Shown piece after piece: positions 36,803 through 45,809 of a stretch of DNA of 64,000 nt. The stretch's first letter is position 1; each line of letters starts with the position of its first letter. Origin of the DNA: Eubacteriales bacterium (GTDB lineage: Bacteria > Bacillota > Clostridia > Christensenellales > UMGS416). Under the pieces are notes generated by a model. The model saw nothing but the letters and a program-made list of their open reading frames with translations. It was not told where the DNA came from and ran no database searches. The stretch spans positions 30,012 to 94,011 of the forward strand of contig JBFLKU010000003.1 of the NCBI GenBank assembly GCA_040883315.1, written 5' to 3'. Position numbers and translations under genes: made by a program.

Positions 36803-37900
36803 CTAACTAAATTTGCTCATCTTGTCGAATTTTTCAATTATTCCAACAGATGCGTTGACTACTATTATCAATACAATTGTTACTATACCCATTGCGCAGG
36901 CCAATCTCATATCACCTGTTTCCTTTGCCACGGTGTATGCCTTAACTGTGAGTGTTGAGGCCGATTCAAACACTGTTTTTGGTATCATCGCAACTGTACC
37001 AGCTGTTAAAATTAATGCTGCGGATTCTGCCACTATTCTGCCTATGGAAAGCAGCACCCCCACCAAAACACCGGATAGTGAATTTGGTATAATCACCTTA
37101 AATACTGTCTGCAGCTTTGTGGCACCTAGTGCGAATGAGCCTTCGCGGAAGGTCAGCGGCACTCTGCGTATTGCTTCCTCGGACTGTGATATTAAAGTAG
37201 GCAGAAGAACAATTGACAGTGTTAGTGCGCCGGATATCATGGAAAAACCAAACTTAAGGGTTGTAACGAATGCCAGCATGCCGAATAGTCCGAATACAAT
37301 AGATGGAATGCCTGATAGTGCACTTGTTGTAAAGCGAATCAAATTAAGAAGTTTGCCTTTTCTTGCGTACTCAGCCAGATAGATGGCTGAAAATAGCGAC
37401 ACAGGCAGTGCTATGAGCAGGGAAAGAAGAATGATTGAAAGAGTATTTATTATCAGTGGGAAAATACCCTCTCCTGGTCTTGTTATTTTCAGTCTTATAT
37501 TTCCGCTTAGCGAAGCATTTATTTCGCTGAACTCATCTATAGTCATGTCAACAGTGTTTTTGTCTACTATTCTCCTTATGATGTCTCCTTTTTTCAAAGG
37601 GAAAACTTCGCCGTTTGTTATGCCGTACAGAACAGGAGAATCAGACTCTATTGACTTTATCTTCAAATAATTTTTTGTGTCGTAGTTAACAGTTTGTACT
37701 TCTATTTTCAGGTCGTCTATATTCTCTAAATCCACATAGACTGTTTTTGCATCAAATTCTCCCGATAGAAACTGCCAATTTATCAATCCTACACCCTGTA
37801 CAAATACATATCCTAAAATTAATAGTAAAAGACTGACTACAAGAACTGTACAAAAGACCATAATGCCCTTGAAGACTTTATCTTGTGATTTTGCTTTCAT
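36803..37900 (-). CDS. pstA: phosphate ABC transporter permease PstA (with extended external loop)
   Basis: 365 aa. BPD-transport EAA region and a ~110-aa loop after TM1. Confidence 0.85.
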   Translation of the reverse strand: MKAKSQDKVFKGIMVFCTVLVVSLLLLILGYVFVQGVGLINWQFLSGEFDAKTVYVDLENIDDLKIEVQTVNYDTKNYLKIKSIESDSPVLYGITNGEVFPLKKGDIIRRIVDKNTVDMTIDEFSEINASLSGNIRLKITRPGEGIFPLIINTLSIILLSLLIALPVSLFSAIYLAEYARKGKLLNLIRFTTSALSGIPSIVFGLFGMLAFVTTLKFGFSMISGALTLSIVLLPTLISQSEEAIRRVPLTFREGSFALGATKLQTVFKVIIPNSLSGVLVGVLLSIGRIVAESAALILTAGTVAMIPKTVFESASTLTVKAYTVAKETGDMRLACAMGIVTIVLIIVVNASVGIIEKFDKMSKFS

Positions 37901-37901
37901 A

Positions 37902-38798
37902 TTAATATTTCCCCATTCTTTTTATTAGGCTGCTCAATAGCAGATTGATAGCTATAATAAATACCATCAGTATGCTTCCTGTAGCAAATAGCATTTCCGA
38001 GTGCAGCCCTGTAGCATAGCTCATCTCCAATACAACATTTGTTGTAAGAGGGCGTATCGGGTCAAAGATACTTGTTGGTATGCCGCCGGATACATTTCCT
38101 GCAATCAAAACAACTGCCATAGCCTCGCCTATTGCGCGGCCTACACCCAGAATGACGCCCACCAAAATGCCGCGTCTTGCTGCGGGGATGATTACGTGTA
38201 TTGTTGTGTATACCTTGGAAGCCCCCAGTGCATATGATGCATTTCTATATGCTTTTGGTACGCTGGCTATAGCGTTTTCCGATATTACTATCATTGTTGG
38301 AAGTATCATCATGGTAAGCACGATGATAACTGCAAGCAGCGACTGCCCCTGAGGCATAGGAGAAATCTCTCTGATTCGAGGTACTATGAAGCCCAGTCCA
38401 AATATACCATATATAACGGAAGGGATTCCTGCAAGCAGCATTACGCCGGCTTTCACTATCTTTTTCACCTTTTCAGACGCCAGCTCAGAAAGATATGCAG
38501 CGGCAAAGATACTTATGGGCACTCCTATAATTATTGCACCGCCTGTGGCGAATATGGAGCCCACAATCATGTATAGTATGCCGTATTGCGCTGTGTTTAT
38601 GTCGTCATTTGGTCGCCATTCCAGTCCAGAGATAAATTTAAAGAATGAATAGGTGCCTTCCTTATTATTGTGAAGAAACGGCTGTATACCTTTGCTTAAA
38701 ATAAATAATACTATAAATCCTACGGCAACAATGGTGATTACCGATGATGCTCTAAATATTAACTCTACTAGCGGCTCATGAAATCTTTTTTTTCTCAT
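37902..38798 (-). CDS. pstC: phosphate ABC transporter permease PstC
   Basis: Polytopic permease. Start moved to the ATG at 38798 (MRKKRF), which has an AAGGA SD. The track start at 38828 is TTG. Confidence 0.85.
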   Translation of the reverse strand: MRKKRFHEPLVELIFRASSVITIVAVGFIVLFILSKGIQPFLHNNKEGTYSFFKFISGLEWRPNDDINTAQYGILYMIVGSIFATGGAIIIGVPISIFAAAYLSELASEKVKKIVKAGVMLLAGIPSVIYGIFGLGFIVPRIREISPMPQGQSLLAVIIVLTMMILPTMIVISENAIASVPKAYRNASYALGASKVYTTIHVIIPAARRGILVGVILGVGRAIGEAMAVVLIAGNVSGGIPTSIFDPIRPLTTNVVLEMSYATGLHSEMLFATGSILMVFIIAINLLLSSLIKRMGKY

Positions 38799-38884
38799 TT
38801 TCCCGTCCTTTAATCGCAAAATATGCAAGCATAGAATTATGCTCGCATATTTTTAATAAGTGTGTTTAGTATGTACCACTGAAA

Positions 38885-39772
38885 TTAGTCAACAGCGATT
38901 CCGCCCTTTTCTTCAATGATTTCTTTTGCTAAATCAGTTTTTGTGAATTCTAGGAATGCTTTTGCAGCATCTGACAGGTTCTCATCATGATAAACTATCA
39001 TGAAAGGTCTTGATACTGGGTATGAGCCGGCTAATACTTCCTCAACTGTTGGCTCTGCACCATCAACAGTAACTGTTTTGATTTGGTCATCGATATAGGT
39101 GAATGAAATGTAGCCGATAGCTGCTGCGTTTTCTTTTACTGCTGCGTGTACAGCACCGTTGCCCTCTTGAATTAGTGCTGATGTTACCAGCATGTTTTCG
39201 AACTCAACGATTTCTTCAAAAGCTCCGCGTGTGCCTGAGCCATCTTCACGAGAAACAACAACTATTTCTTGGTCTTCTCCGCCTAAATCTGCCCAGTTTG
39301 TTATTTCACCTAGATAGATTTTTTGGATTTGCTCCATTGTCAGTGAAGTTACTGAGTTAGCTGGGTTAACGATAACTGCAATTCCGTCATATGCCAGTAC
39401 TTCTTCAGTCATTCCCCACTCTTTTTCGCTGTCTTTGATGTTTCTTGATGCTGTTCCTAGCATTGATACACCTTCGTTTGCGTTTTTAACACCTGCAGAT
39501 GAACCTATGCCCTGGTATGTATACTTAACGTCTGGATACATAGCCATAAATTCGTCTCCTAGAGCCAGACCGATTTTTTCAACTGATGTTGAACCGGATA
39601 CTGTCACTTCGCCTGATAAAGGGGCTTCTGCTGGTTCAGCTGTTACTTCATCTTTAGGTGCATCTGTTGCATCTACTTTGTCTGTAGCTTGTGGAGCTTC
39701 TTCCTTTTGGCATGCTGCGAACATTGCCAGAGCCAAAATTAAAGCTAAAACTACGATTAATATCTTTTTCAT
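38885..39772 (-). CDS. pstS: phosphate-binding lipoprotein PstS
   Basis: Lipobox AMFAAC. GSTSV...GSSAG...SREDGSGTR PBP-type motifs. GGAGGT SD. Confidence 0.9.
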   Translation of the reverse strand: MKKILIVVLALILALAMFAACQKEEAPQATDKVDATDAPKDEVTAEPAEAPLSGEVTVSGSTSVEKIGLALGDEFMAMYPDVKYTYQGIGSSAGVKNANEGVSMLGTASRNIKDSEKEWGMTEEVLAYDGIAVIVNPANSVTSLTMEQIQKIYLGEITNWADLGGEDQEIVVVSREDGSGTRGAFEEIVEFENMLVTSALIQEGNGAVHAAVKENAAAIGYISFTYIDDQIKTVTVDGAEPTVEEVLAGSYPVSRPFMIVYHDENLSDAAKAFLEFTKTDLAKEIIEEKGGIAVD

Positions 39773-39840
39773 GTTACCTCCAAGAAAATATTTCTTATTT
39801 TTTATTACTGGCTAATGATACTATCGGAAAGTTATAGATA

Positions 39841-39868
39841 TATACATCGCATGTTAAATCCGTGTAAA
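39841..39868 (-). promoter_or_regulatory. candidate Pho boxes upstream of pstS
   Basis: On the minus strand: TTTACAcggatTTAACAtgcgaTGTATA. Three hexamers at 11-bp phasing, with a fourth weak one following. Confidence 0.5.
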
Positions 39869-39901
39869 ATGATAAATAGAATTAGATTTTGAAAGGTAAA
39901 T

Positions 39902-39941
39902 AAAAAAAGCACTGAATGCTATGATTGCAGTCAGTGCTTTT
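39902..39941 (-). terminator. intrinsic terminator after the GGDEF/EAL gene
   Basis: On the minus strand: AGCACTGA-15 nt-TCAGTGCT followed by TTTTTTT. Confidence 0.8.
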
Positions 39942-39959
39942 GAATTATACTAAATTATA

Positions 39960-41966
39960 TTAAATTGTAGAATTGAATATATACATTATGTCGTTCTTGC
40001 TTATTGGTTTATAGAAATAATATCCTTGGAAAAGGTTACATCCGTATTCTGTCAGCAGGCGCAATTGGTCTTCTGTTTCAACACCTTCAGCTACCAGCTC
40101 ATAGTTGTTCTTTGTAGATATTTCTACCAGCATCTTTGTGATGGACAAACTGATTGCACTGGTCATGATGTTATCAACGAATGATTTATCCAGTTTGATT
40201 TCGTCAAAGCTGATTGTATGCAGCTTAGACAGTGTGGAATATTCTGTACCAAAGTCGTCCATAGAGATTAGGCAGCCGGCTTCTTTTATTTCTTGAACTA
40301 CCTTCAGAGATCTTGTGAAGTCTCCTTCGAAGAATGACTCTGTAACTTCTATGTTTATTACGCCTCTTGGTATATTGTATCTTTTCATCAGCTGTGCCAG
40401 AACAGTAGTAAACTCATCGTCAAATAGCTGCTGAGGAGACACGTTGATTGAAATACTAATTGGATTATTTACACAGTATCTAGTTTTTATAAAGTCATTG
40501 TAGTCTTTAAACACAGCTTCTATTACCATGTATGCAAATTCATGAACTATTGACATACGCTCAATACGATTGATGAAATACCATGGAGAAAGTATACCTT
40601 TTTCTGGGTGATTCCATCTTGCCAAAGCTTCTAGCTTTGCGATTTTTTCCTTTTTGAAGTCAACAATCGGCTGATAATAAAGTATGAATTCATTATCATA
40701 AAAAGCTTTCTCTATTTCGTTTTCCCATCTGTGCTCTTCCACTATGTCGTCCACCATCTTTTGGTCGAATATACATAGCTCGTTTTTGCCTATTTTAGGT
40801 GCATTGGAGTTGGCGATTTCAGAGTACATTATTATCTCATCTATACTTGCAGAGTTCAGCGGGGCATATGCGATACCTGCACTAATCATCAGGTTATAGA
40901 TACCACCTCTAATCAGGGATGCTTGCTTAATAAATTTTCTTGCAGCATTCTCTATTTGTGTCTCCACAGTATATGGCATAACTACCATGAAATCACCGTC
41001 ACCAGTTTTAGCAACAAGTGCATTGTTTGGTGAATACTCTTTAAGAATGGTTGCAAATATTTTTATACAGTCATCAAATGCAGTCTGACCGTAAATATCC
41101 TTGGTCTCTTTGATATTTTGAATTGTCAGGGTCATAACTCCGTATTGGTTTGATGAAATATCCAGAGATTTCATACCAGTAATCAATCCGTCTCTGTTCA
41201 GCAAAGTGGTCAAGTGGTCGTGTGTTGCCAGATATTGAAGTCTTATTTCGTTTTTTGCTTCTTCTGTAACGTCACGCAGGAATACTATCATTCCCTTATC
41301 CATATCAGATTTGTCTATTGGGCTGATTGTCATATTCATTGTCAGCTCTTTGCCGGATTCGGTTGCAATCTTAAGGGGAAGATTTTTTACGGTAACGCCT
41401 TTTCTAGCCTTTGCCACTTCGTATGCTACGCATGAAGAGAAGTTTCCACCTGTGGCTATGCCTTTTACAGTGGACGGGAATTCTGTTCTCAATGTATCCT
41501 TTGCAGGGCATTGTGCGTCTGTGCACTTGGTTCCAGATGTTTTAAAGCAAACCACGTTGTGAAGCTTTTTACCTAGGATTTCCTGCTCTTTCACTTCAAA
41601 CAAATCAAGAACGGCAGAGTTTATAAATGTTATATTACCATTTTTATTTAATCCAATAATAGGATCGACAATACTTTGCACTATTTGCGATGAGTATGCT
41701 CCGCCTCCACGCCTAGCTTTATTGTGAAGTTTCCCATTGAATGCTACTAAAAGAATAAATATCAATGTGATGGCTATAATTAATGGAATTACAACCCTTA
41801 GCGGAACGGAATCATCCAAGCTCAAATTGCTTAGAATATCCATAAATCCATTACTAGTATCAGGAGCCATAGTGCTTGCCGCATATGCAACAGCGCTGAC
41901 GCCATATGCTACTAGTAATGTTAACATGAATACTATAGCTACTACATACTTTTTTCCCTTTTTCAT
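39960..41966 (-). CDS. membrane-anchored PAS / degenerate GGDEF / EAL protein (likely c-di-GMP phosphodiesterase)
   Basis: Two N-terminal TM segments, then a PAS domain. The GGDEF position reads GDGDF. EAL motifs are intact (EALARW, DDFGTEYS, KLDKSF, EGVE). Confidence 0.85.
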   Translation of the reverse strand: MKKGKKYVVAIVFMLTLLVAYGVSAVAYAASTMAPDTSNGFMDILSNLSLDDSVPLRVVIPLIIAITLIFILLVAFNGKLHNKARRGGGAYSSQIVQSIVDPIIGLNKNGNITFINSAVLDLFEVKEQEILGKKLHNVVCFKTSGTKCTDAQCPAKDTLRTEFPSTVKGIATGGNFSSCVAYEVAKARKGVTVKNLPLKIATESGKELTMNMTISPIDKSDMDKGMIVFLRDVTEEAKNEIRLQYLATHDHLTTLLNRDGLITGMKSLDISSNQYGVMTLTIQNIKETKDIYGQTAFDDCIKIFATILKEYSPNNALVAKTGDGDFMVVMPYTVETQIENAARKFIKQASLIRGGIYNLMISAGIAYAPLNSASIDEIIMYSEIANSNAPKIGKNELCIFDQKMVDDIVEEHRWENEIEKAFYDNEFILYYQPIVDFKKEKIAKLEALARWNHPEKGILSPWYFINRIERMSIVHEFAYMVIEAVFKDYNDFIKTRYCVNNPISISINVSPQQLFDDEFTTVLAQLMKRYNIPRGVINIEVTESFFEGDFTRSLKVVQEIKEAGCLISMDDFGTEYSTLSKLHTISFDEIKLDKSFVDNIMTSAISLSITKMLVEISTKNNYELVAEGVETEDQLRLLTEYGCNLFQGYYFYKPISKNDIMYIFNSTI

Positions 41967-42071
41967 AAGACCCTCTCTTTATACGAAATTATTAATACAC
42001 TCTCCAATATATAATACACATTTAGAAGATACATTAAACATATTAAAGAATATTATAATGTAATTTTATAA

Positions 42072-43487
42072 TTACTCTATTACTTCATCATATTTGGCAG
42101 AATACAAGTACGAATTGTAGTTGAATTTCCACCATTGGCTATCTATAGACTTAAATCCTGCAAGAAGCATTACATCGTGCAGAATTTCTCTATTATAAAT
42201 CTGATCCGGTGTCAGATTATCACATATATATGACGTGAATTCATCAAACACCATGTATTCGCCACCCATATCCACAGGATTTCCACTGAGATCGGCTAAT
42301 GATACATCTATTTCGGAGCCTCTTATATATAATCTATTTGTATCATAAGAAATATATTTTTCTCTCAGTTCAGCTTTTGTATAGCCTGCGTAATATGCAT
42401 CTTTTGTATCTATATCTTCTTCATCATCCAGCCATGCTTCTATTTGGTAGAATGCATCCACTGGTCTGTATGCATCATTCACTATAAGCCTGTAGCCATA
42501 TGTTTCAAGCATTTCGTTTGCTTTAATAAGCGCATTCGCTGCATCGACTGTTGTTATCACTTGATTATCGTTATATCCATCCAATTGCACTCCCAGAATA
42601 TTATCAGAAGTTGCAAATTTGATATCGGCAATTATATCCGTAGTAAAATCGCTAAGATATACTAAACCGCCGCCGCCTATCAGATTGTGATTAAGCTGAA
42701 CGATGTGCGTATTGGCATTTGGATCTAGCCATGCAATCAGTTTATTTATGTTTTCTCTGCTGATGGCAGTACACCCGCTGGTATCTTTTTTAGAGCTTGT
42801 CCATATGTGCAGGAATATTGCACTGCCGACTCCCGGCTTTCTTTCGCTGTTGTATCTTATTTCGATAGCTCTTTCAAAAGGTGTAATATTTAGATTGCTG
42901 TAGTTTTTCCAGTCTGCATCATCAACAGAATCTTCCTGCATAAACATATTATAATATTTTGAGTTTGAATCCTCAACCCAAATATCGCCTTTTTCAGTTG
43001 TTCTCCATGGCCATGTAGTGCCTGTGGGGGCTTCGTCTTTGCCGAAAGCATATCCCAGCTCAAAAACACCTACCGGGCTTTTGCCGTCGCCTTCTTTTTC
43101 TTTTCCCAGTCCATTTTTGCCAAGCTGCACATCAAAAGGACCATCTACCACCTGCCACATTCCATTTTCAGCTTTTTCCATCAGATACATTTTGTCATAT
43201 CTTCCGTCAACTACTACCAGAACGATTTGCGTTGTATCCTCTGGAATGTCTTGATTTATCAAAAGTCCATTTAATGACTTCCATGATATAGAACTTGTAT
43301 TGAAAACATACGGTTCAGCAGTGGGCTCCGGGGTGAACTGAATCTCTGGAGTTTCGGTGTTTTCTATGTCAGCAGATTCGGTAGTTTCGGTGTCTAAGGG
43401 TGCGGCTGTGATCTCATCTTCTTGGTTTTTAGAACAACCACTTATAAAAATCATAGCTATTAAAGCTATTATAATATACTTTTTCAT
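42072..43487 (-). CDS. lipoprotein: L,D-transpeptidase-type catalytic domain fused to a VanX/DdpX-like (peptidase M15) domain with substituted active-site residues
   Basis: Lipobox FISGC. AIFLHIWTSSKKDTSGCTA (H...SxGC). C-terminal DAYRP...RLYIRGSEID...QWWKF aligns to the VanX motifs SxHxxGxAxD and ExxH. Confidence 0.65.
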   Translation of the reverse strand: MKKYIIIALIAMIFISGCSKNQEDEITAAPLDTETTESADIENTETPEIQFTPEPTAEPYVFNTSSISWKSLNGLLINQDIPEDTTQIVLVVVDGRYDKMYLMEKAENGMWQVVDGPFDVQLGKNGLGKEKEGDGKSPVGVFELGYAFGKDEAPTGTTWPWRTTEKGDIWVEDSNSKYYNMFMQEDSVDDADWKNYSNLNITPFERAIEIRYNSERKPGVGSAIFLHIWTSSKKDTSGCTAISRENINKLIAWLDPNANTHIVQLNHNLIGGGGLVYLSDFTTDIIADIKFATSDNILGVQLDGYNDNQVITTVDAANALIKANEMLETYGYRLIVNDAYRPVDAFYQIEAWLDDEEDIDTKDAYYAGYTKAELREKYISYDTNRLYIRGSEIDVSLADLSGNPVDMGGEYMVFDEFTSYICDNLTPDQIYNREILHDVMLLAGFKSIDSQWWKFNYNSYLYSAKYDEVIE

Positions 43488-43534
43488 AGTATTTATTCTA
43501 ACAAATAGTTTGTACGAAGTAAATAAGTAATATT

Positions 43535-43554
43535 AAAAAACACACTTTGTGTGC
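43535..43554 (-). terminator. intrinsic terminator after the small L,D-transpeptidase gene
   Basis: On the minus strand: CACACaaaGTGTG followed by TTTTTT. The stem is short. Confidence 0.5.
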
Positions 43555-43559
43555 TTTAA

Positions 43560-44267
43560 TCATTCATTAATAATAACCGGAGTACCTAAATCACAGATTT
43601 TATATAGTAAATCCATTATGCTGTCATCCACAGCGATGCATCCTGCTGTCCAGTCGCTTTGTGAACCATGCCCGTGAATCATTATTTCGCCGCCTAAGGG
43701 TGTGTCCCATGGGGGTCTTTTGCCGTTATCTATAGCACTGGCTATTTTGTCATATGTTTTTTGGCTTATGCGTCCTTCGTCCAAGGCTCTTTGGGCGTCT
43801 GACTTGTTAGGATATGAGAGACCTATAGACAAGTGAAATTTACTTTTTGGGTTTTTATAGCATATATAGTACTCGCCTTCGGGTGTTTTGCCGTCTCCCT
43901 GCACTGTTTTTGCGCCTACAGGAGAGAACCCAAGACCTATGTCAAAGCTTGATAGATATTCATCATTATTATATAGATATAGTTTCCTTTTGGATTTATA
44001 TATTATTATTTTGGGATTTGATATTTCCATGCTCACCAGTTCTTCCAATGAAAGAGAAGGAATAGGGGTGATTATAGGCTCTGAAGCCTCCAAAGTATAG
44101 GAGGCTTCAGGCTCTTTTGTTTGATTTATTTCATTCATATCTGTTTTCGGGAGCTCCGAATTGGGAGTATTAGTATAAGATGTTTGTATATCAGGCATTT
44201 GACAGCCTGAAAGAAAAACAAGGAAAGCAAATAGAACTATTGAGATTTTTTCATTTAGCTTTTTCAT
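43560..44267 (-). CDS. L,D-transpeptidase-family lipoprotein (YkuD/YafK-like)
   Basis: Lipobox FLSGC. Catalytic motif MIHGHGSQSDWTAGCIAV. 235 aa. Confidence 0.75.
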   Translation of the reverse strand: MKKLNEKISIVLFAFLVFLSGCQMPDIQTSYTNTPNSELPKTDMNEINQTKEPEASYTLEASEPIITPIPSLSLEELVSMEISNPKIIIYKSKRKLYLYNNDEYLSSFDIGLGFSPVGAKTVQGDGKTPEGEYYICYKNPKSKFHLSIGLSYPNKSDAQRALDEGRISQKTYDKIASAIDNGKRPPWDTPLGGEIMIHGHGSQSDWTAGCIAVDDSIMDLLYKICDLGTPVIINE

Positions 44268-44301
44268 TTTTAATCCTTGTAAGGCTTCCTGAATTAAATA
44301 A

Positions 44302-44880
44302 TTAACTGAATTTTTTTCTGCTGCCGGGCTTAACTAGTGGCAAATCTGTTTTGCAGATAGGGCACTCTGCTGCTTCGTAGCTTATCACTTCGGTTGTCAG
44401 CACGGCGTGTTTTTTGCATCCGAAATCTACCACTCCATTGCTTCTGTCCACTACTAAACCAACACCTGCAACTTTGGCACCGATTTCCTTAATCAATTCA
44501 ATAACTTCAACTACAGAGCCGCCGGTTGTTACCACGTCTTCAACTACCAGCACGTTTTGGTTTGGTGATATTTCAAATCCTCTGCGAAGCAGCATTGCTC
44601 CGTCTACGCGCTCCGCAAACATATTTCTGACATTTAGATGTCTTGAAACCTCATAGCTGAGTATTATTCCGCCCATTGCTGGGCCGACTACTAAATCAAT
44701 ATTATCGTCCCTGAATGCATCTGCAATATCTTTTGCAATCATTTCGCTGTACTCAGGGTATTCGAAAAGCCTGGCACATTGCATATATGTGTCGCTGTGT
44801 CTTCCGGATGTAAGCAGAAAATGTCCTTTTTGCATCAGGCTTGTTTTTTCAAATATTTCTAATATCTTCTCTTTTTCCAT
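44302..44880 (-). CDS. pyrE: orotate phosphoribosyltransferase
   Basis: 192 aa. PRPP-binding loop VLVVEDVVTTGGS. Confidence 0.92.
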   Translation of the reverse strand: MEKEKILEIFEKTSLMQKGHFLLTSGRHSDTYMQCARLFEYPEYSEMIAKDIADAFRDDNIDLVVGPAMGGIILSYEVSRHLNVRNMFAERVDGAMLLRRGFEISPNQNVLVVEDVVTTGGSVVEVIELIKEIGAKVAGVGLVVDRSNGVVDFGCKKHAVLTTEVISYEAAECPICKTDLPLVKPGSRKKFS

Positions 44881-44897
44881 TTGGAGTGCCTTCCTGA

Positions 44898-45809
44898 TTA
44901 TTTTGTTTTAAGCTGACCAATAATGTCTTTTACATTTTTGATTTTCATTTGTTTTAAATATTCATTTAGTCCTTCAAGCACCTGTATAGTAGCATCTGGA
45001 TATACCAGATTCATTGTGCCTACCATAACAGCACTGGCACCTGCCAGCATAAATGCTGCAGCGTCTTCTCCTGATGATATGCCGCCCATTCCGATTATAG
45101 GAATATCGACCACCTGTGCCACACTGTATACCATGCTTAGAGCAACCGGCATTATAGCTGGACCAGAAAGACCTCCGGTTACATTTCCTAATATAGGTCT
45201 TTGCCTATATACATCTACTGCCATGCCCTTTAATGTGTTTATCAATGATATTCCGTCAGCGCCTGCATACTGTGCTGCAATTGCTGTGGCTGTGATATCG
45301 GCAGTGCTGGGAGATAGCTTCACAATCAGCGGCTTTTTGCACACTGATTTGCAGTTTGTAACAATCTCTGTAACAGCCTGCGGATACATACCGAATGTCG
45401 CTCCGCCTGTTGAAACATTAGGGCAGGATATATTTAGCTCTATAAAGTCTATTTTTGTATCATTTAACTTGTCTATTACTTGGCAGTATTCATCTATAGT
45501 TTCGCCGGCTACATTTGCAAAAAGCACAGTATCCGCATCTTTTAGCTTTGGCATTTCTTCTTTCAGGAAGTAGTCAACTCCCGGGTTTTGTAGACCTACA
45601 GCATTTAGTATGCCAGATGGTGTTTCTGCTATTCTTGGAGGAGGATTTCCCAGACGCTTTTTTACCGTGATAGCCTTCAGTGATACGCCGCCTAAATCAG
45701 ATATATTGATATACTGGCTGAATTCTTTGCCGAAGCCAAAGCATCCGGAAGCTGCAATAACAGGGTTTTTAAGCTCTATTCCACAGATTTTTGTTTTCAT
45801 ATTTGCCAT
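44898..45809 (-). CDS. pyrD: dihydroorotate dehydrogenase B, catalytic subunit
   Basis: 303 aa. Class 1B motifs (ASGCFGFG, NISCPN, GGISSGEDA). Confidence 0.93.
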   Translation of the reverse strand: MANMKTKICGIELKNPVIAASGCFGFGKEFSQYINISDLGGVSLKAITVKKRLGNPPPRIAETPSGILNAVGLQNPGVDYFLKEEMPKLKDADTVLFANVAGETIDEYCQVIDKLNDTKIDFIELNISCPNVSTGGATFGMYPQAVTEIVTNCKSVCKKPLIVKLSPSTADITATAIAAQYAGADGISLINTLKGMAVDVYRQRPILGNVTGGLSGPAIMPVALSMVYSVAQVVDIPIIGMGGISSGEDAAAFMLAGASAVMVGTMNLVYPDATIQVLEGLNEYLKQMKIKNVKDIIGQLKTK

